In this document: one piece after another, positions 27,001 through 37,884 of the stretch
Numbering within the stretch: the first letter of the stretch is position 1
Layout of the letters: each line of letters starts with the position of its first letter
IMG/VR virus record: IMGVR_UViG_3300043788_000040
Location: 64,001 to 128,000 of that record
Source: a virus
Direction: 5' to 3' (one strand)
Length of the DNA: 64,000 nucleotides
Notes under the pieces: generated by a model
The model's input: the letters and a program-made list of their open reading frames with translations, nothing else
The model's database searches: none
Told to the model about the DNA's origin: nothing
Translations under genes and position numbers: made by a program

Positions 27001-30000
27001 GCAGCAATGCCATTCTCAGCGTGAGTGCAAACAACCTGCTGACTGTGAACTCGCCAGGCGGCAACGGGTCTGCGACAGCATACAACGTGTACGTCGGACA
27101 ACCCGGCAACGAGACGCTACAAACGTTGACACCGCAGCCCCTCGGCTCAACGTTCGTTGAGTCCACCGGGGGATTCATTTCGTCGTTCACGACACCGCCC
27201 GTGACGAGCACGGCTCTGGAAGTGGTGCTCAACGACGAAGTGCTTACGCTCACGAACGCCACCTCAAGCACAATGACTGCCCCGTTCACGACTGCCGGGA
27301 CGTTCGGTCTTGACTTCGGCTTCTCGTTCAACGGCAACTACACGGCGTCGCTCACAGGCTTTGCGATTAAAGAATTCCAGTGGGAAATTGCCAACATCTT
27401 CGTACCTCAAAACGTTGCACCCACCATCGTCTTCCCTGCCCCGTTGTGGAGGGCGAACGCACTGGGCGTCTCCGCAGTCACAGCGACCTCGGCATCGTCA
27501 AACGTACTCACGGTCATGTGTGCGAACGCTTTCGTCGTGGGCGAGATGGTTACCCTGAGTGGTACGGCCGAGATCGTCCTGAACGGACAGCTTCTCACGG
27601 TCACCTCGGCGAACTCAACTCAGTTCACTGCGAACTTCACCATCGCTGACTACACGAACAACGTTGACACGGGCACGGCGACGCTGAGACTCGCACGCAA
27701 CACGCAGATCACCATCACGCCGACGCCGAAAGCATCTGATCCAACCACCCAGTTCCCTGTCGTGTACACCGGAATCTACGACCCGGACGATTCGGTCAGC
27801 TACCTCTGGACGCAGACGGCAGGCACCCCCGTCACTCTCGTGGGGGGTAACAATAACTCGTCGCTCTCGTTCCTCACGAACGGAGTCAACATCAATGGCG
27901 AGACCCTGACGTTCAGCCTGACCGTGAACGACAGCGTCAACTCTCCGGTCACGGCGAGCTTCACCGTCAACGTCGCATCGTTCAACTTCGCAGGCACGAA
28001 GGACACGGAACAACTGTCACGTTCCACTTGGAGCCAGACGGCGAACATCACCAACGTGGCGATCACCTCGGGCGTGGTTACCGTCACAGCCAACAACAGC
28101 TTCCTCGTGGGGGAACCTGTCAGGCTTACGGGTCTTGTAAATGCGATATTCCTGAACGACACCGTGGGCTTCTACGTTACGTCAGCCAACGCGACCCAGT
28201 TCACATTCACGACCACGTTCCCGAACTACCCGTCCACATCAGACACAGGCATCGCCTATGCCAAGGTGCCGATCTCGCAGCGCAACTCGCCTCAGATTTG
28301 GTCGCCCATGGACATCTCCGTCCTCTTCAGCGACTTGATCAGCATCAAGCGTGTGTCTGTGATTGACGGCAGCGACCGCTACATCCTGATCTCGCCCTAC
28401 AGCGTCCTCGTGTACGGCGTGTTCCCATCCGCTACTCCAGTGGCGATCCTCCTGCGCAAGCTCCTGACGCCTAACCGCACGACTATCTTAGACGCCGTCC
28501 ACACCGAGCAGGACTACACGCTGGTGCTGGACAACCAAGGCAACATCTTCCGCTACACGACCGCCCCGTTGATTGACACGGACAACCCGGACACCACGCT
28601 GACTCTGTCAAGCATCACGTCGGTCAGCTTCACAGACGCCGATCTTGACAGCGACGTGAAGATCATGACGACGCCGAGCTTTGGTAACAAGCGCATAGTG
28701 GTGCTGTCGGGCGAGCAGGGTGCGGTGCTGATGCAACTCAATACCACGACGCTCGTGGTAGAAGGTGTGCTGGACTTCCTAACTTCCGACCACTTGATCT
28801 ACGGGTCAAACGCAATCCAGTTCGTGCGTTGGGTCAACATGGACAACCTGCACACCGGACGCGTGCTCCTTGGCTCCGTGGTGTACAACACTGCGAACGT
28901 CACCAATGTGTCCATCCTCAACAACGCCCTGACGTTCACTGGTTCCAACAGCTTCGTCGTCGGAGACAAGCTCGTGCTGTCGGGCTTCCAGAACGCAGCG
29001 TTCCTCAACGGTCTTACCGTCATCGTCATCAGCGCCACGTCCACATCGTTCACGGCGTCGTTCCAGTTCTCGGGAAGCTACGGCCCGTCTGGCGAAGCCT
29101 CAGCCGTCGCCGAGGCACAGTTCTCCGGCACTACCTACGAGACGCTTGTGGACTTGTCTCAAGGACAGATCGTCGGCACGTGGGACAAGAGCAAGCTCCG
29201 CAACCAGTTCGTCCAATCGGGAGAAATCCTGTTCACGCCGGACACGACGTACGGCGGCTCTCCGATTCCGCCAGTGCTGTTGCAGCCGACATCTGCCGTG
29301 CAGAATGGGAAGACCTTTGTCACCATTTCTTGGCAGCAGGAGCGCCCGGACCTCATCACTTCTTACATCGTGAGCTACGCCACCGAGACCTTGGTCAACA
29401 ACGTGGTACCGCTTGTGGCTCCGTACACGGTTCAGATTCCCATCGCGTTCACCTTCACGGCGGACGAAGGGGCAACGGACACGGCGTCGCCCATCACCAT
29501 CACTCAAGCGACGGTCACGGGAAACGTCCTTACCATCACCGGGAACAACAACTTCGCTATCGGACAGGGCGTAAGCTTCAGCAGTCTGACAGGTCTTCCA
29601 TCACTGATCGGTACGACCTTGCCTATCTCAACGCTGATCGGAGTAGGCCCGACGTACACCGGGTTCACCGCACCGTTCACACATGCCGACTACGGGCACT
29701 TGGCAAATGTGGCGAACGTGACGATTGTTTCAAACGTGCTTGAAATCCAGACAGCCGTGAACCACACGTTCCTGCCGGGCACGCAGGTCTCGTTCAACAC
29801 CGTTGTGGGTACGGCAAGCTTCCTCAACGGTCAGACTGTGACCATCGTGAGCGTGCCGACAGCCAACACGTTCCACGCCAGCTTCAACCACGTGGACTAC
29901 CCGACCACCGTGAACACAGGTAACATCGTGGATGCGGACACTGGCAGTGGCTTCGTGTTCGTGAACACGCCTCTCGTCGCCGTCACGGGCACCCCGCAGG

Positions 30001-30236
30001 CGGGGCAGTACACAGTCACCCCGACCGGGCTATACACGTTCAATGCGGCGCAAGCGGGGCACTCCGTAAGCCTCTCCATCCGCCAGTCCTTCAACGCGTT
30101 GCAGAACGTGGGAAGCGGCGCTACGCAGTCAATCACCGTGCAGATGGCTACCGGGCAGACGTACTTCTTTGAAGTGCAGGCCTTCGGTCTGGACGGAGCT
30201 TCCGGTGAATCCAACACCGTCTCAATTTCCATATAA
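24030..30236 (+). CDS. Giant beta-rich virion/tail protein with FG motifs and repeated ~50-aa modules
   Basis: 2068 aa; repeated F.VG..V.L.G..NA.FLNG..V.V.SA..T.FTA.F modules; GFGxxFGxxFG motifs. Confidence 0.8.
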   Translation: MITTLDTLSWSPELVTGNAEFIELSQPGFGSGFYGFGPFGGGTGASIFVISNVRNNSAGFGFDFGVTFGSQFSFEVLQSGATPPAPGPGSTFQTVASYVFPQPNYTFDPVAVYAPAIFVAPPGFGTGTFGSGPFGEVIPNANPAIHIVGTRNTPTGAITSSNQYSDVIKFTYDTVAQTLTGPIVLSSGTRIRGAYDIAVLPNGNQVVAMALAEPAIQGSNQVTFVSVQNNIATLTFAGDITPFVPGQWVLLDNFANAGFLNGQLVQVISANSGSFSFVFQLPTTGFGINFGNMFGSYSQPETATPFAYATPVGDCILVVELDANSAVPQGFGYIFGESFGSNEVVLAATIIESSPARSGNSFDALSLVTDGNNIELYYQTHPKVVTFQDQVFTIKLATAVPADFGYDFGFSFGSGPLAWNLPATVLTTYTARYSDNRLTVIADAAGNRYLSQTYWNQFNHPYGILGNALIGYKPSAGPWFFHSAIGSFMGGSIIQSTLAIAQDGTVNLVYLLQPFDQITNPPSATVAAWPLQVATVTTNPPTLDLTQVPGFYNDVNFTWLRGTKSAIDDGSVWAIVGEREILTTVSGEQQTIPALPAQTAVQVTNHVGYFENIAVNYAISGIPLIQVATAPDEGQYTVEPSTGEYSFNRNDAGARIIISYNYVSSIQPVYVSLFNVPPVAVLSPEVVTVYRGGTFYSTDTANITQINLTGGSVTVIVNNDFKVGDQVAMYGISGAVGPFGQGPFGAGLFSPAFNATASFLNGILLTVASATATQFTAFFSPQLAATVELLSELGFGFNFGNSFSEFSELVSGTVADLIPGALTLSAAGSTDADNDALEFFWSENDPDLKDVTLTPNGSQATLNVARKVGPASRNFNVGVSVVDLNPDLITQRHPALLISNATVTGADSITLTFAPPGGAGFGAAFGAQFGLPVPAGAVVPIAGDQVMMYDMMLTAPQPPTLGQIPGGSLPPQPNLSVIITYVNNAGETVGSSNAILSVSANNLLTVNSPGGNGSATAYNVYVGQPGNETLQTLTPQPLGSTFVESTGGFISSFTTPPVTSTALEVVLNDEVLTLTNATSSTMTAPFTTAGTFGLDFGFSFNGNYTASLTGFAIKEFQWEIANIFVPQNVAPTIVFPAPLWRANALGVSAVTATSASSNVLTVMCANAFVVGEMVTLSGTAEIVLNGQLLTVTSANSTQFTANFTIADYTNNVDTGTATLRLARNTQITITPTPKASDPTTQFPVVYTGIYDPDDSVSYLWTQTAGTPVTLVGGNNNSSLSFLTNGVNINGETLTFSLTVNDSVNSPVTASFTVNVASFNFAGTKDTEQLSRSTWSQTANITNVAITSGVVTVTANNSFLVGEPVRLTGLVNAIFLNDTVGFYVTSANATQFTFTTTFPNYPSTSDTGIAYAKVPISQRNSPQIWSPMDISVLFSDLISIKRVSVIDGSDRYILISPYSVLVYGVFPSATPVAILLRKLLTPNRTTILDAVHTEQDYTLVLDNQGNIFRYTTAPLIDTDNPDTTLTLSSITSVSFTDADLDSDVKIMTTPSFGNKRIVVLSGEQGAVLMQLNTTTLVVEGVLDFLTSDHLIYGSNAIQFVRWVNMDNLHTGRVLLGSVVYNTANVTNVSILNNALTFTGSNSFVVGDKLVLSGFQNAAFLNGLTVIVISATSTSFTASFQFSGSYGPSGEASAVAEAQFSGTTYETLVDLSQGQIVGTWDKSKLRNQFVQSGEILFTPDTTYGGSPIPPVLLQPTSAVQNGKTFVTISWQQERPDLITSYIVSYATETLVNNVVPLVAPYTVQIPIAFTFTADEGATDTASPITITQATVTGNVLTITGNNNFAIGQGVSFSSLTGLPSLIGTTLPISTLIGVGPTYTGFTAPFTHADYGHLANVANVTIVSNVLEIQTAVNHTFLPGTQVSFNTVVGTASFLNGQTVTIVSVPTANTFHASFNHVDYPTTVNTGNIVDADTGSGFVFVNTPLVAVTGTPQAGQYTVTPTGLYTFNAAQAGHSVSLSIRQSFNALQNVGSGATQSITVQMATGQTYFFEVQAFGLDGASGESNTVSISI

Positions 30237-30242
30237 TGGGTA

Positions 30243-31286
30243 TTGTCCCTCATGGGGACTGCTGCCCTTATGCTGGTTAACAAGAAAGACCTGCTCCTAC
30301 CTCTCAAAGCTCTTGAAGCCTTTGACTACAAGGGTGCGCCTTACGTCGGCGTCCAACTCGTGGACGGGCACAAGCCGATGTTCCTCCGCTCCAACAACGA
30401 CGGCATCATCCGATCCAAAGAGTACGGTGTGTTCCCCACGACCTACGTCTCCCTCGGTCACCTGAAGAACGTCCTCAAGAACTGCCCCGAGGACAGCATT
30501 GAACTCAGCGTCAACGAACGTGGGATCATGCGCATGTACGGTACGAGCGAGGTCGGCTCAAACACCGAGACCAATGTCCACACGGTGAGCGAGAAGCAGG
30601 CGGGCACCAAGATTCACGACATCGGGGTCAACATGGTGTCGCTTGACACCCAGACATTCGTTGGGTTTAACATTGACAAGTTCACGTTGGTGTCTGAGCC
30701 TGTGCTCGCACACGGTAAGCTCATGCTTGCGACCAACAAGGGTGCAGTCGTGATGTGGAAGAACGAACTTTTCAGTAGCCAACCCGTGAACCTCAGCCCG
30801 AGGGAATCTTTTCTCCGTATGGTCTGCGGACAGGAGGTAAGCGAACTCTCGCTCACCAAGAACGGCTACTGGGGCGCTGGGATCGGCGATCTCGTGACCT
30901 ACACGAAGGGGCACATTCTCGGACGCCAGCTTTTTGACAGCTACAACCAGCCGGGCACTGGGGCAGCACAGATTCCTGCCGAGCGTTTACTGACCTGCCT
31001 GCGTGCGGCCGTGGGGCTGCTGGATGAACAGGAAGTAATTGAGGTTGACCCCAAGCTGGGCGTCATCGCCAAGGGCACGTTCGGCGAGAACCGAAACTCC
31101 CTCGGAGAGACTGGGGATTGGAAACGCTTCAGCCTGCAAGCCAAGACTGCCAAGGTCGTCATTGACGCCCTATCGCAAACAGCCGGAGATTATGCTACAC
31201 TGGAACTCACGTCAACCGGATCGGGACCGTCCTCCACGATGAGGCTAGTTCGTGGCGAGGTGGCGGTGAATTTCAGGAGCTTCTGA
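30243..31286 (+). CDS. Hypothetical protein, possible sliding clamp
   Basis: 347 aa, about beta-clamp size, alternating helix/strand pattern; clamp loader present in window; no diagnostic motif. Confidence 0.35.
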   Translation: MSLMGTAALMLVNKKDLLLPLKALEAFDYKGAPYVGVQLVDGHKPMFLRSNNDGIIRSKEYGVFPTTYVSLGHLKNVLKNCPEDSIELSVNERGIMRMYGTSEVGSNTETNVHTVSEKQAGTKIHDIGVNMVSLDTQTFVGFNIDKFTLVSEPVLAHGKLMLATNKGAVVMWKNELFSSQPVNLSPRESFLRMVCGQEVSELSLTKNGYWGAGIGDLVTYTKGHILGRQLFDSYNQPGTGAAQIPAERLLTCLRAAVGLLDEQEVIEVDPKLGVIAKGTFGENRNSLGETGDWKRFSLQAKTAKVVIDALSQTAGDYATLELTSTGSGPSSTMRLVRGEVAVNFRSF

Positions 31287-31470
31287 TGGCAAAATTCAAG
31301 TACCACACCAACAAAGGATTCACAGCAGCCACCTACAACGACATTGATCCAGAAAACGTGGACACTGTCGGCGAAGGCAACAACGCAGTCGTCGTACTCT
31401 CGGATGACGACGGCGTGAAAGCCGTCATCCACCTCGCTCCTGGCGACTACATTGAAAGGATCAACGACTA

Positions 31471-31797
31471 ATGCAAGTCACAGACGAAACGTTCCAGCAG
31501 GAAGTCCTCGCTTCAGAAACCCCGGTGCTTGTGGATTTCTACGCCGATTGGTGCGGTCCATGCCGTGCGGCCGCTCCTGTCATTGAAGCCCTCGCCGAGG
31601 AGTACGCGGGCAAGATCAAGGTGGTCAAGGTGGACGTGGACACCAGCAGCAAGAACGCTGTGGAACACGGCGTGCGTGGCATCCCCAACTTCATTGTTTT
31701 CAAGGGCGGGCAGCGTGTGGCGCAGTTCATCGGTTGGGGTGAGAATCGTGCCGAAGAGATTCGTGCAGCATTGGAAACTGCTCTGGCATCTAATTAG
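31471..31797 (+). CDS. trxA: Thioredoxin
   Basis: VLVDFYADWCGPC, VRGIP. Confidence 0.97.
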   Translation: MQVTDETFQQEVLASETPVLVDFYADWCGPCRAAAPVIEALAEEYAGKIKVVKVDVDTSSKNAVEHGVRGIPNFIVFKGGQRVAQFIGWGENRAEEIRAALETALASN

Positions 31798-31866
31798 CAG
31801 AAGATTTTTGTAAAAATTACGCCGTCCGGGCGGTTATATACAGTAGAGCCAAAAGGAGGCTCTCGC

Positions 31867-32571
31867 ATGTTGACATTTCTCGCAAGTTTACTTGCCCTCG
31901 GCACCATCGGGTTCTGGCTTTTGGTGCTCGTTGACTTCATCGTGATCACCGCCTTGGTTGAGAACGAGGAAGGCGTTTGGGCCACCGTCGTAGCCATCGG
32001 TTCTATCATCGGTCTCAACTATCTCTGGAAGCTCCCCATCGTTGCCACCATCAAAGCCAACCCCGGCCACACCGCGATCCTGATCGCCAGCTATTTTGCC
32101 ATCGGCATCGCTTGGTCATTCGCGAAGTGGGTTCTCTTCCTGCACAAGCAGAATTTCAAGTACCGGGACTTCAAGACGCAGTTCTTGTCCAAGAACAACG
32201 CCAAGGAACTGACGCCGGAGCTTGCCGCCTCGCTGATGGAAGAACTGGAAAGCCACAACAGGTACGAGTCTTACGTTGACAGGCGGATCAGTGCGACCCC
32301 GCCCCAATTCCTTGACCACAAAGGCAAGCTGACCCGCTGGGCGACCTACTGGCCTTTCTCCATCATCGGCACGCTTCTCAACGATGTCGTCCGCAAGTCG
32401 TGGACTTACATCATCAATATGCTCCAAGGCGCTTACCAGCGTGTCTCCAACTACATCTTCCGTGGTGCTCTTGCCGACAAGGCATTGGCAGAAAACTACA
32501 AAGCCAAACAAGCAGCCGCAGGTGCGGATGGCGGATCAAGTGACGCCCCGTCTCGCAGACGTGGCTACTAA
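31867..32571 (+). CDS. Membrane protein
   Basis: AGGAGG RBS, several hydrophobic segments. Confidence 0.75.
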   Translation: MLTFLASLLALGTIGFWLLVLVDFIVITALVENEEGVWATVVAIGSIIGLNYLWKLPIVATIKANPGHTAILIASYFAIGIAWSFAKWVLFLHKQNFKYRDFKTQFLSKNNAKELTPELAASLMEELESHNRYESYVDRRISATPPQFLDHKGKLTRWATYWPFSIIGTLLNDVVRKSWTYIINMLQGAYQRVSNYIFRGALADKALAENYKAKQAAAGADGGSSDAPSRRRGY

Positions 32572-33197
32572 GACCCTGATCACAGCCCCGATGTCCGCAA
32601 GCCGGGGCTGTGATCTCTTCCTCACCGCTGCGAAGAAATTGCTGCGGGAGCTTGTGGTGGGTCGCCCTCCGATGGAGATGTATCCGGGCGAGATAGACGG
32701 GACTCTGGAGTACCAGAGACGTCTTGACCGCTTGCGCACGCCGAATCCGTTTGAGGGTGAGGCGACTGAGGCTCGCTCGTGCTTTCTGCTCCGGTACTAT
32801 TCTGGCAAGCGTGAATGCTTCTTTGCAGACACCGACACGCAGGAGCTTACGCCCTTGTCCTTCTTCGCTTCCTACAGGGGACAGTCCGAATACTACCCTG
32901 ACCTTGAAATCGGTACCCCGAAGGGGATTCCGCAGTATTAGCCTCATGGAGGATCATCTCTATGAGCGTTGACGCAGTAGGCAATTTGGACACTCCGGTA
33001 GAAGAGCCGAAGAAAAAGCGGGTCAAGATTGTGTCCGCGAATACTGGGGTGCGCAAGCATCTCCTAACCACGGCATACAAGCAGGACGTCGCCGAGAAGC
33101 TGGACAAGCTCCACGCGGCGGGACACACCATCGTTTCCATCACCTCATCTTCCGATATTCGGGGTTTTGAGGTCGTTAGCTACAAAGAGGAGTAACC

Positions 33198-33845
33198 GTG
33201 GATCAGGCACTCGTCTCCCGGCTGGGAAAAGTGCATGCCACCGTCTCATCTATCGCTCAGCGGCTTGAGTATGAGACTGCGACTATCACCCGGCTGACAT
33301 CCAGAATCAAACAGCTTGAAGAAGAGAAGGCTCACTTGGTGAAAGCCGTGGGCACGATAGACCGCTGCGTCCAGATTGTGTCGGCAAACGGCATCGGCAA
33401 GATTGAAGGCATTGTGTCAGATGGTCTTCACCGGGTCTTCGGCAATGACCAGCTTGGTCTTTTCATTGAGAAGAAAGAGACAGCGAGGGGTAACACCTAC
33501 CGCCTGCTCATCCGCAAGGGCGAAACTGTGGGCAACCCCATGGACTCGTTCGGTGGGGGCGTCCAGAACGTAGTCGCCTTCCTGCTCCGTGTCATCCTGA
33601 TCAAACGCTTCAAGCTGGCTCCATTCATCGCCTTGGACGAGCAGTTCTCCAACGTGTCTTCCGAGTACCAACCTAAGATTTCTGAGATGCTGAAGGTGCT
33701 GTCCAAGATGGGCTTCACGATCTTCGCCATATCGCACCAGCCCACAATCACCTCCGCTGCTGATACAATATACGAGGTGGTGGTTGATGAAGGCTTCCCA
33801 CCCGTTCTACGTAAGCAGGTCTTGCCTCAATCTGAGGTGTTGTGA
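33198..33845 (+). CDS. SbcC/Rad50-like ABC ATPase, C-terminal half
   Basis: Coiled coil, SFGGG signature, IALDE Walker B, ISH H-loop; no Walker A. Confidence 0.85.
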   Translation: MDQALVSRLGKVHATVSSIAQRLEYETATITRLTSRIKQLEEEKAHLVKAVGTIDRCVQIVSANGIGKIEGIVSDGLHRVFGNDQLGLFIEKKETARGNTYRLLIRKGETVGNPMDSFGGGVQNVVAFLLRVILIKRFKLAPFIALDEQFSNVSSEYQPKISEMLKVLSKMGFTIFAISHQPTITSAADTIYEVVVDEGFPPVLRKQVLPQSEVL

Positions 33846-35911
33846 TGGCTGAACATTACTGTGAAACATTTCATGTCCCAAAGCCTCATCGCTTTAAGGC
33901 TGACGACTATCCCCACGCCCATGCTGAGTGTCTGCACTGTTACCGTCCAGCACAGGAACATGTATGCGGTAAGGTGGCAAGGTTCTTCCATTGTGAACGT
34001 TGGTATTGTGCTGCCCACTATGACGAACGTATCGCCTTTGAGGAGGCAATACAAGCGAGGCGCTTAGACACCGCAGGTTACGACGGGGACACACGATGAA
34101 CGACCCGCTGGTCAGCAAAGTCAAGCTTAAGGCTCTGGAAGAGATCATCGCGGCGGCACGGGAAACCATCCACCGTCACCGCAGGCGCTTCCTTCAGCGC
34201 AACCTACGCCCTTGCCCGGAGAACTGCAAAGGTGTTAGTATGTTGGGACGGGAGATTATCGGATGCACTAACTGCGGCAGTCCTAGCGGTGACAAGTGCA
34301 TCAGGGAAGATAAGTTCGTTCCTGTGTTCACGAAGGAAGAACTGGCTCAGCAATTTGCCGAGCAGCTTCGGAACCCGGAAATTCTTCTCCGCGAGTACCG
34401 GGACGTGACCGTTTTCCTGTGGGTTTTGGGGGCTTTTGACAAGCAGAAGAAGACTTTGGACGAGACCATTGTTGAGAGGGTGGAGCAAAGTGAAAACAAG
34501 TCTAGGAAGATGGCTGCTAGTGGCGACGGTGCTGTTACTCCTGTACGTGAACATCCAACAGGCGGCAACAATAGCGAAGCAGAAACACGAACTGGTAGAG
34601 ACCCTGAAGACTTTAATCGCTAGCCAGAAGCACGAAGTAGAGATGAACCAGCAACTTCTTGAAGCGCAAAAGTCCTGCCAAAAGTAACCGCTTTTTCCCA
34701 ATAAAATACAGTATCTAGTCGTGTGGACGATGCTGACGTTATCCTTGAGCTTGATGCGGCCATCCGCAACGACCCGGATGCTCCCGTCTTAGAGCAGCAA
34801 TTTGATCCTCTTGACCCCGTGGCAATTGAGATCGTGCTGCACGAGGCGGATTTTGCCGTAGACAGGTACATGGAAAAGTGGGAAAGCTTTCGTGCCAAGT
34901 TCTCCAATCCAGCCATGTACGACGCATTCATCCTTGACTACCAGACGAGGGTGCGCAGGGACTTGAAGATGATAATCTCCAACGCGCAGCAGTTCTTGGC
35001 TGATGCAATGAATCAGCCCGAAGAGGACGAGGATGAGGGACAAGAATAAGCGCACGCTGACGGTGGTCATTGAGAACGTGACGGAAGCGCAAGAGATCGC
35101 GCTGAACGACCTGTTCGCCACGTGGCAGTACCTCGGCAACATCGGAGCGTCACGTGATACGACGTTCTTCGCTGACGGCGATGGCGATTTCAGACCGAAG
35201 ATCACGGTCAACGGCGAGAAGGCTAGGTTCACTGACCTGATACCCCGTGAGGAAATGTGGCGTGGCGGTCGCCACGGCGAGTATCGGATTGATTTTGACT
35301 GGATCGGATGGAAGCTTCAGGAGAAGGAAGATGGCAAAGGCAAAGACGGCGAAAGCCAAGAAGGCTAAGAACCACAAGTTCATCCTCGTTGAGGCGGACT
35401 ACTGGGTCGGGCTGTACGTGGACGGCAAGCTCGTTGAGCAGCACCATGACATAGACCTCGTGGAGTACCTGCGCAAGTACGGCGTGGACATCAAGACGAA
35501 GTACGCCTACAACGATCCGCAGGTCACCACTGAGGGGACGCTGCCGGAGGATTTGTCGGACGTCAAGTTTGACCGAGGGTAAGGAGAAGCCAATGAAACA
35601 AACTGGTGTAGTGATGGTGACGATTCCTGTTGAAGAAACTGTTCTGATACATGCTTTTGACGGGATGGTGAAAAATCTCCCCACGCAGTTCGCCGATGGG
35701 ATAGTAGTCCGACCGGGGTCTGGGGAGGCCGGGTCGGAAAATTTTTACATCCTTCCGATCAATGAGCTTGAAAGCCTTGGGGCTTTGGTCAGACTGGACA
35801 TCACGGTAGACGGTCAATCCTGTTCTATTTTCGTCCCAGTAGATAGGATTCGTTTCGCGCTAATCGGGGGGAACTTAAGCAAGCTAGGATTCGTCCCGAA
35901 GGCTCTCGCAA

Positions 35912-36361
35912 GTGGGGCCTGATTGTCCCCGCTGCAACCGCCCGTTCAGTGAGGGAGGCAAGCCCCGCCGACCGGGAGATCGGCGCTGTGGCGCGGCTAA
36001 AGGACTGTGCAGTGAGTGCTATCACAAGGAGTATCACGCTGGTAAAACACCAGAACAGCGTGAGGCTCATCGCAAACGCACCCGAGAGCGCAGTGCTGAG
36101 GCTAAGGCTGAAGTCTACCGAATTCTAGGACGTGCTTGTGCCTGCTGCGATGAGAGGCGAGAAGAGTTCCTGACTGTTGACCATATCGGCGGAGGCGGAC
36201 GCAAGCACAGGAAGAAGATTGGGTCAGGCCTTTGGTTTTACCAGACGATTCTCAAAGAAGGCGTCCCCAGAGATAAGTATCGGTTGTTGTGTTGGAACTG
36301 CAACAGCGCCATTGGCGTGTTTGGGTATTGCCCGCACGAAAGGGAGAGAAATGGGAGTTGA
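35912..36361 (+). CDS. HNH/EndoVII-like endonuclease
   Basis: CACC...LTVDHI...LLCWNCNSAIG. Confidence 0.8.
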   Translation: MGPDCPRCNRPFSEGGKPRRPGDRRCGAAKGLCSECYHKEYHAGKTPEQREAHRKRTRERSAEAKAEVYRILGRACACCDERREEFLTVDHIGGGGRKHRKKIGSGLWFYQTILKEGVPRDKYRLLCWNCNSAIGVFGYCPHERERNGS

Positions 36362-37514
36362 TACACATAAGGTGGAGATTGTTCCAGTCAGTCTTGAACC
36401 GCACCCGAATGCGGATCGCTTATCTGTGGTGCGGGTGTACAACTTCACTTGCGTCGTGAATACCGCCGACTGGACTGGTGTTGAGAAGGCTGCGTACGTC
36501 CAGCCGGACTCCGTCATGCCGGACACGCCCGAGTACCGCTTCCTCAAGAACACCTCCAGCTTCCGCAAGGAACGTGAGGCTCTTGATGCCGTGCTTGCGG
36601 CAGATCACGAGAGCGACCTTTGCCGACTGGATTACAACGAGAAGGTCGCTGCCCTTGAGGCGAAGATTGACGCCAACACCAAGCACCTCCGCATCACCGT
36701 GAAGAAGCTACGTGGCATCATCTCCATGGGTATGCTCCTGCCCGCGCCGGAAGGCTCACAGATCGGCGACGACGTGGCGGAGCAGCTTGGCATCACGCAC
36801 TACGAACCGCCCTCTATGGACGAGCTTGACGGCCGCAGGCAGCATGCCGGGGACGATGTCGGACCCGCGTCGCCGATGATCTACGCCCCGAAGTACGACG
36901 TGGAGTCCATTTACAAATTCGCCGACTGCTTTGACGCGGGCGAGCCTGTGTACGTGTCCGAGAAGCTGGACGGGCAGAACGGCCGCTTCGTGGCGACTGA
37001 GAACGGCAACGAGACGGTCATAGAGCCGGGACGACGGTCCACCCTCGTCTCCCTGTACGCCGGATCGCGCACCGAGTGGAAGAAGAAGGAAGGCGGCTCA
37101 AACTGGTGGAGGGTCATGGAGGACAACCCTTGGATTGATCGGTGGTGCTACGACAACCAAGACTCCGTCCTTTACGGGGAAGTCTTCGGCTGGGTGCAGG
37201 CTCTCAAGTACGGAGCCAAGCCAGGGCAGCTTTTCTTCCGCGCCTTTGACGTCATGGAAGGCATGGAATACTGGGATGCCGAAAAGTTCATTGCGGAGAT
37301 TTATAAGGATTGCCGAGTACCGGACTTCGGCGTCATGCCGTACGACTTTGAGAAGTTGCAGGCCTTAGCGGATGGACCCTCCCTCATCAAGGGTGCCGAC
37401 CACATGCGCGAGGGCATCGTGATCAAGCCAGTCAAGGAGCGCAAGCACTGGAAGCTGGGGCGTGTTATGTTGAAGATGGTTTCCAACGCGTACCTTGAGA
37501 AATCCGCAAGATAG
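36351..37514 (+). CDS. RNA ligase, DRB0094/Rnl5 family
   Basis: HPNADRL, LRGIISMG, SEKLDG, YGEVFG, AFDV, REGIVIK, LKMVS..YL. Confidence 0.92.
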   Translation: MGVDTHKVEIVPVSLEPHPNADRLSVVRVYNFTCVVNTADWTGVEKAAYVQPDSVMPDTPEYRFLKNTSSFRKEREALDAVLAADHESDLCRLDYNEKVAALEAKIDANTKHLRITVKKLRGIISMGMLLPAPEGSQIGDDVAEQLGITHYEPPSMDELDGRRQHAGDDVGPASPMIYAPKYDVESIYKFADCFDAGEPVYVSEKLDGQNGRFVATENGNETVIEPGRRSTLVSLYAGSRTEWKKKEGGSNWWRVMEDNPWIDRWCYDNQDSVLYGEVFGWVQALKYGAKPGQLFFRAFDVMEGMEYWDAEKFIAEIYKDCRVPDFGVMPYDFEKLQALADGPSLIKGADHMREGIVIKPVKERKHWKLGRVMLKMVSNAYLEKSAR

Positions 37515-37884
37515 CAGTATTACTGGAGAGAATGATGGCTGTGGCAAAACACGAGACCAATACGTTGCTGGATGCAGTCCGCAAGCTCTACTACGCTGCC
37601 GTTTGGCATGCTGATCGTCCGGTGGACGAGCAAGCCCTATGGACAGCAATCCGAGACGCTGCGGGGTTCAAGCCAGGCGGTTCACCCGAAGCGCTTCCGT
37701 TTGACGGCATCAAAGCAACCTACACCGTGGATCGCTTGCGGCAGATAGGGCACCTCGTCAGCGCCAAGAACGGCAAAGAGTTTGGTACCGCAGAGACCCG
37801 TGCTTTCCTTCTGCTGTACGGTACGGAGTTGGAAAGCAAAATCGACGCCGCAGTGCGGCAATTCCTTGAGGAGAAACTAAGCTA

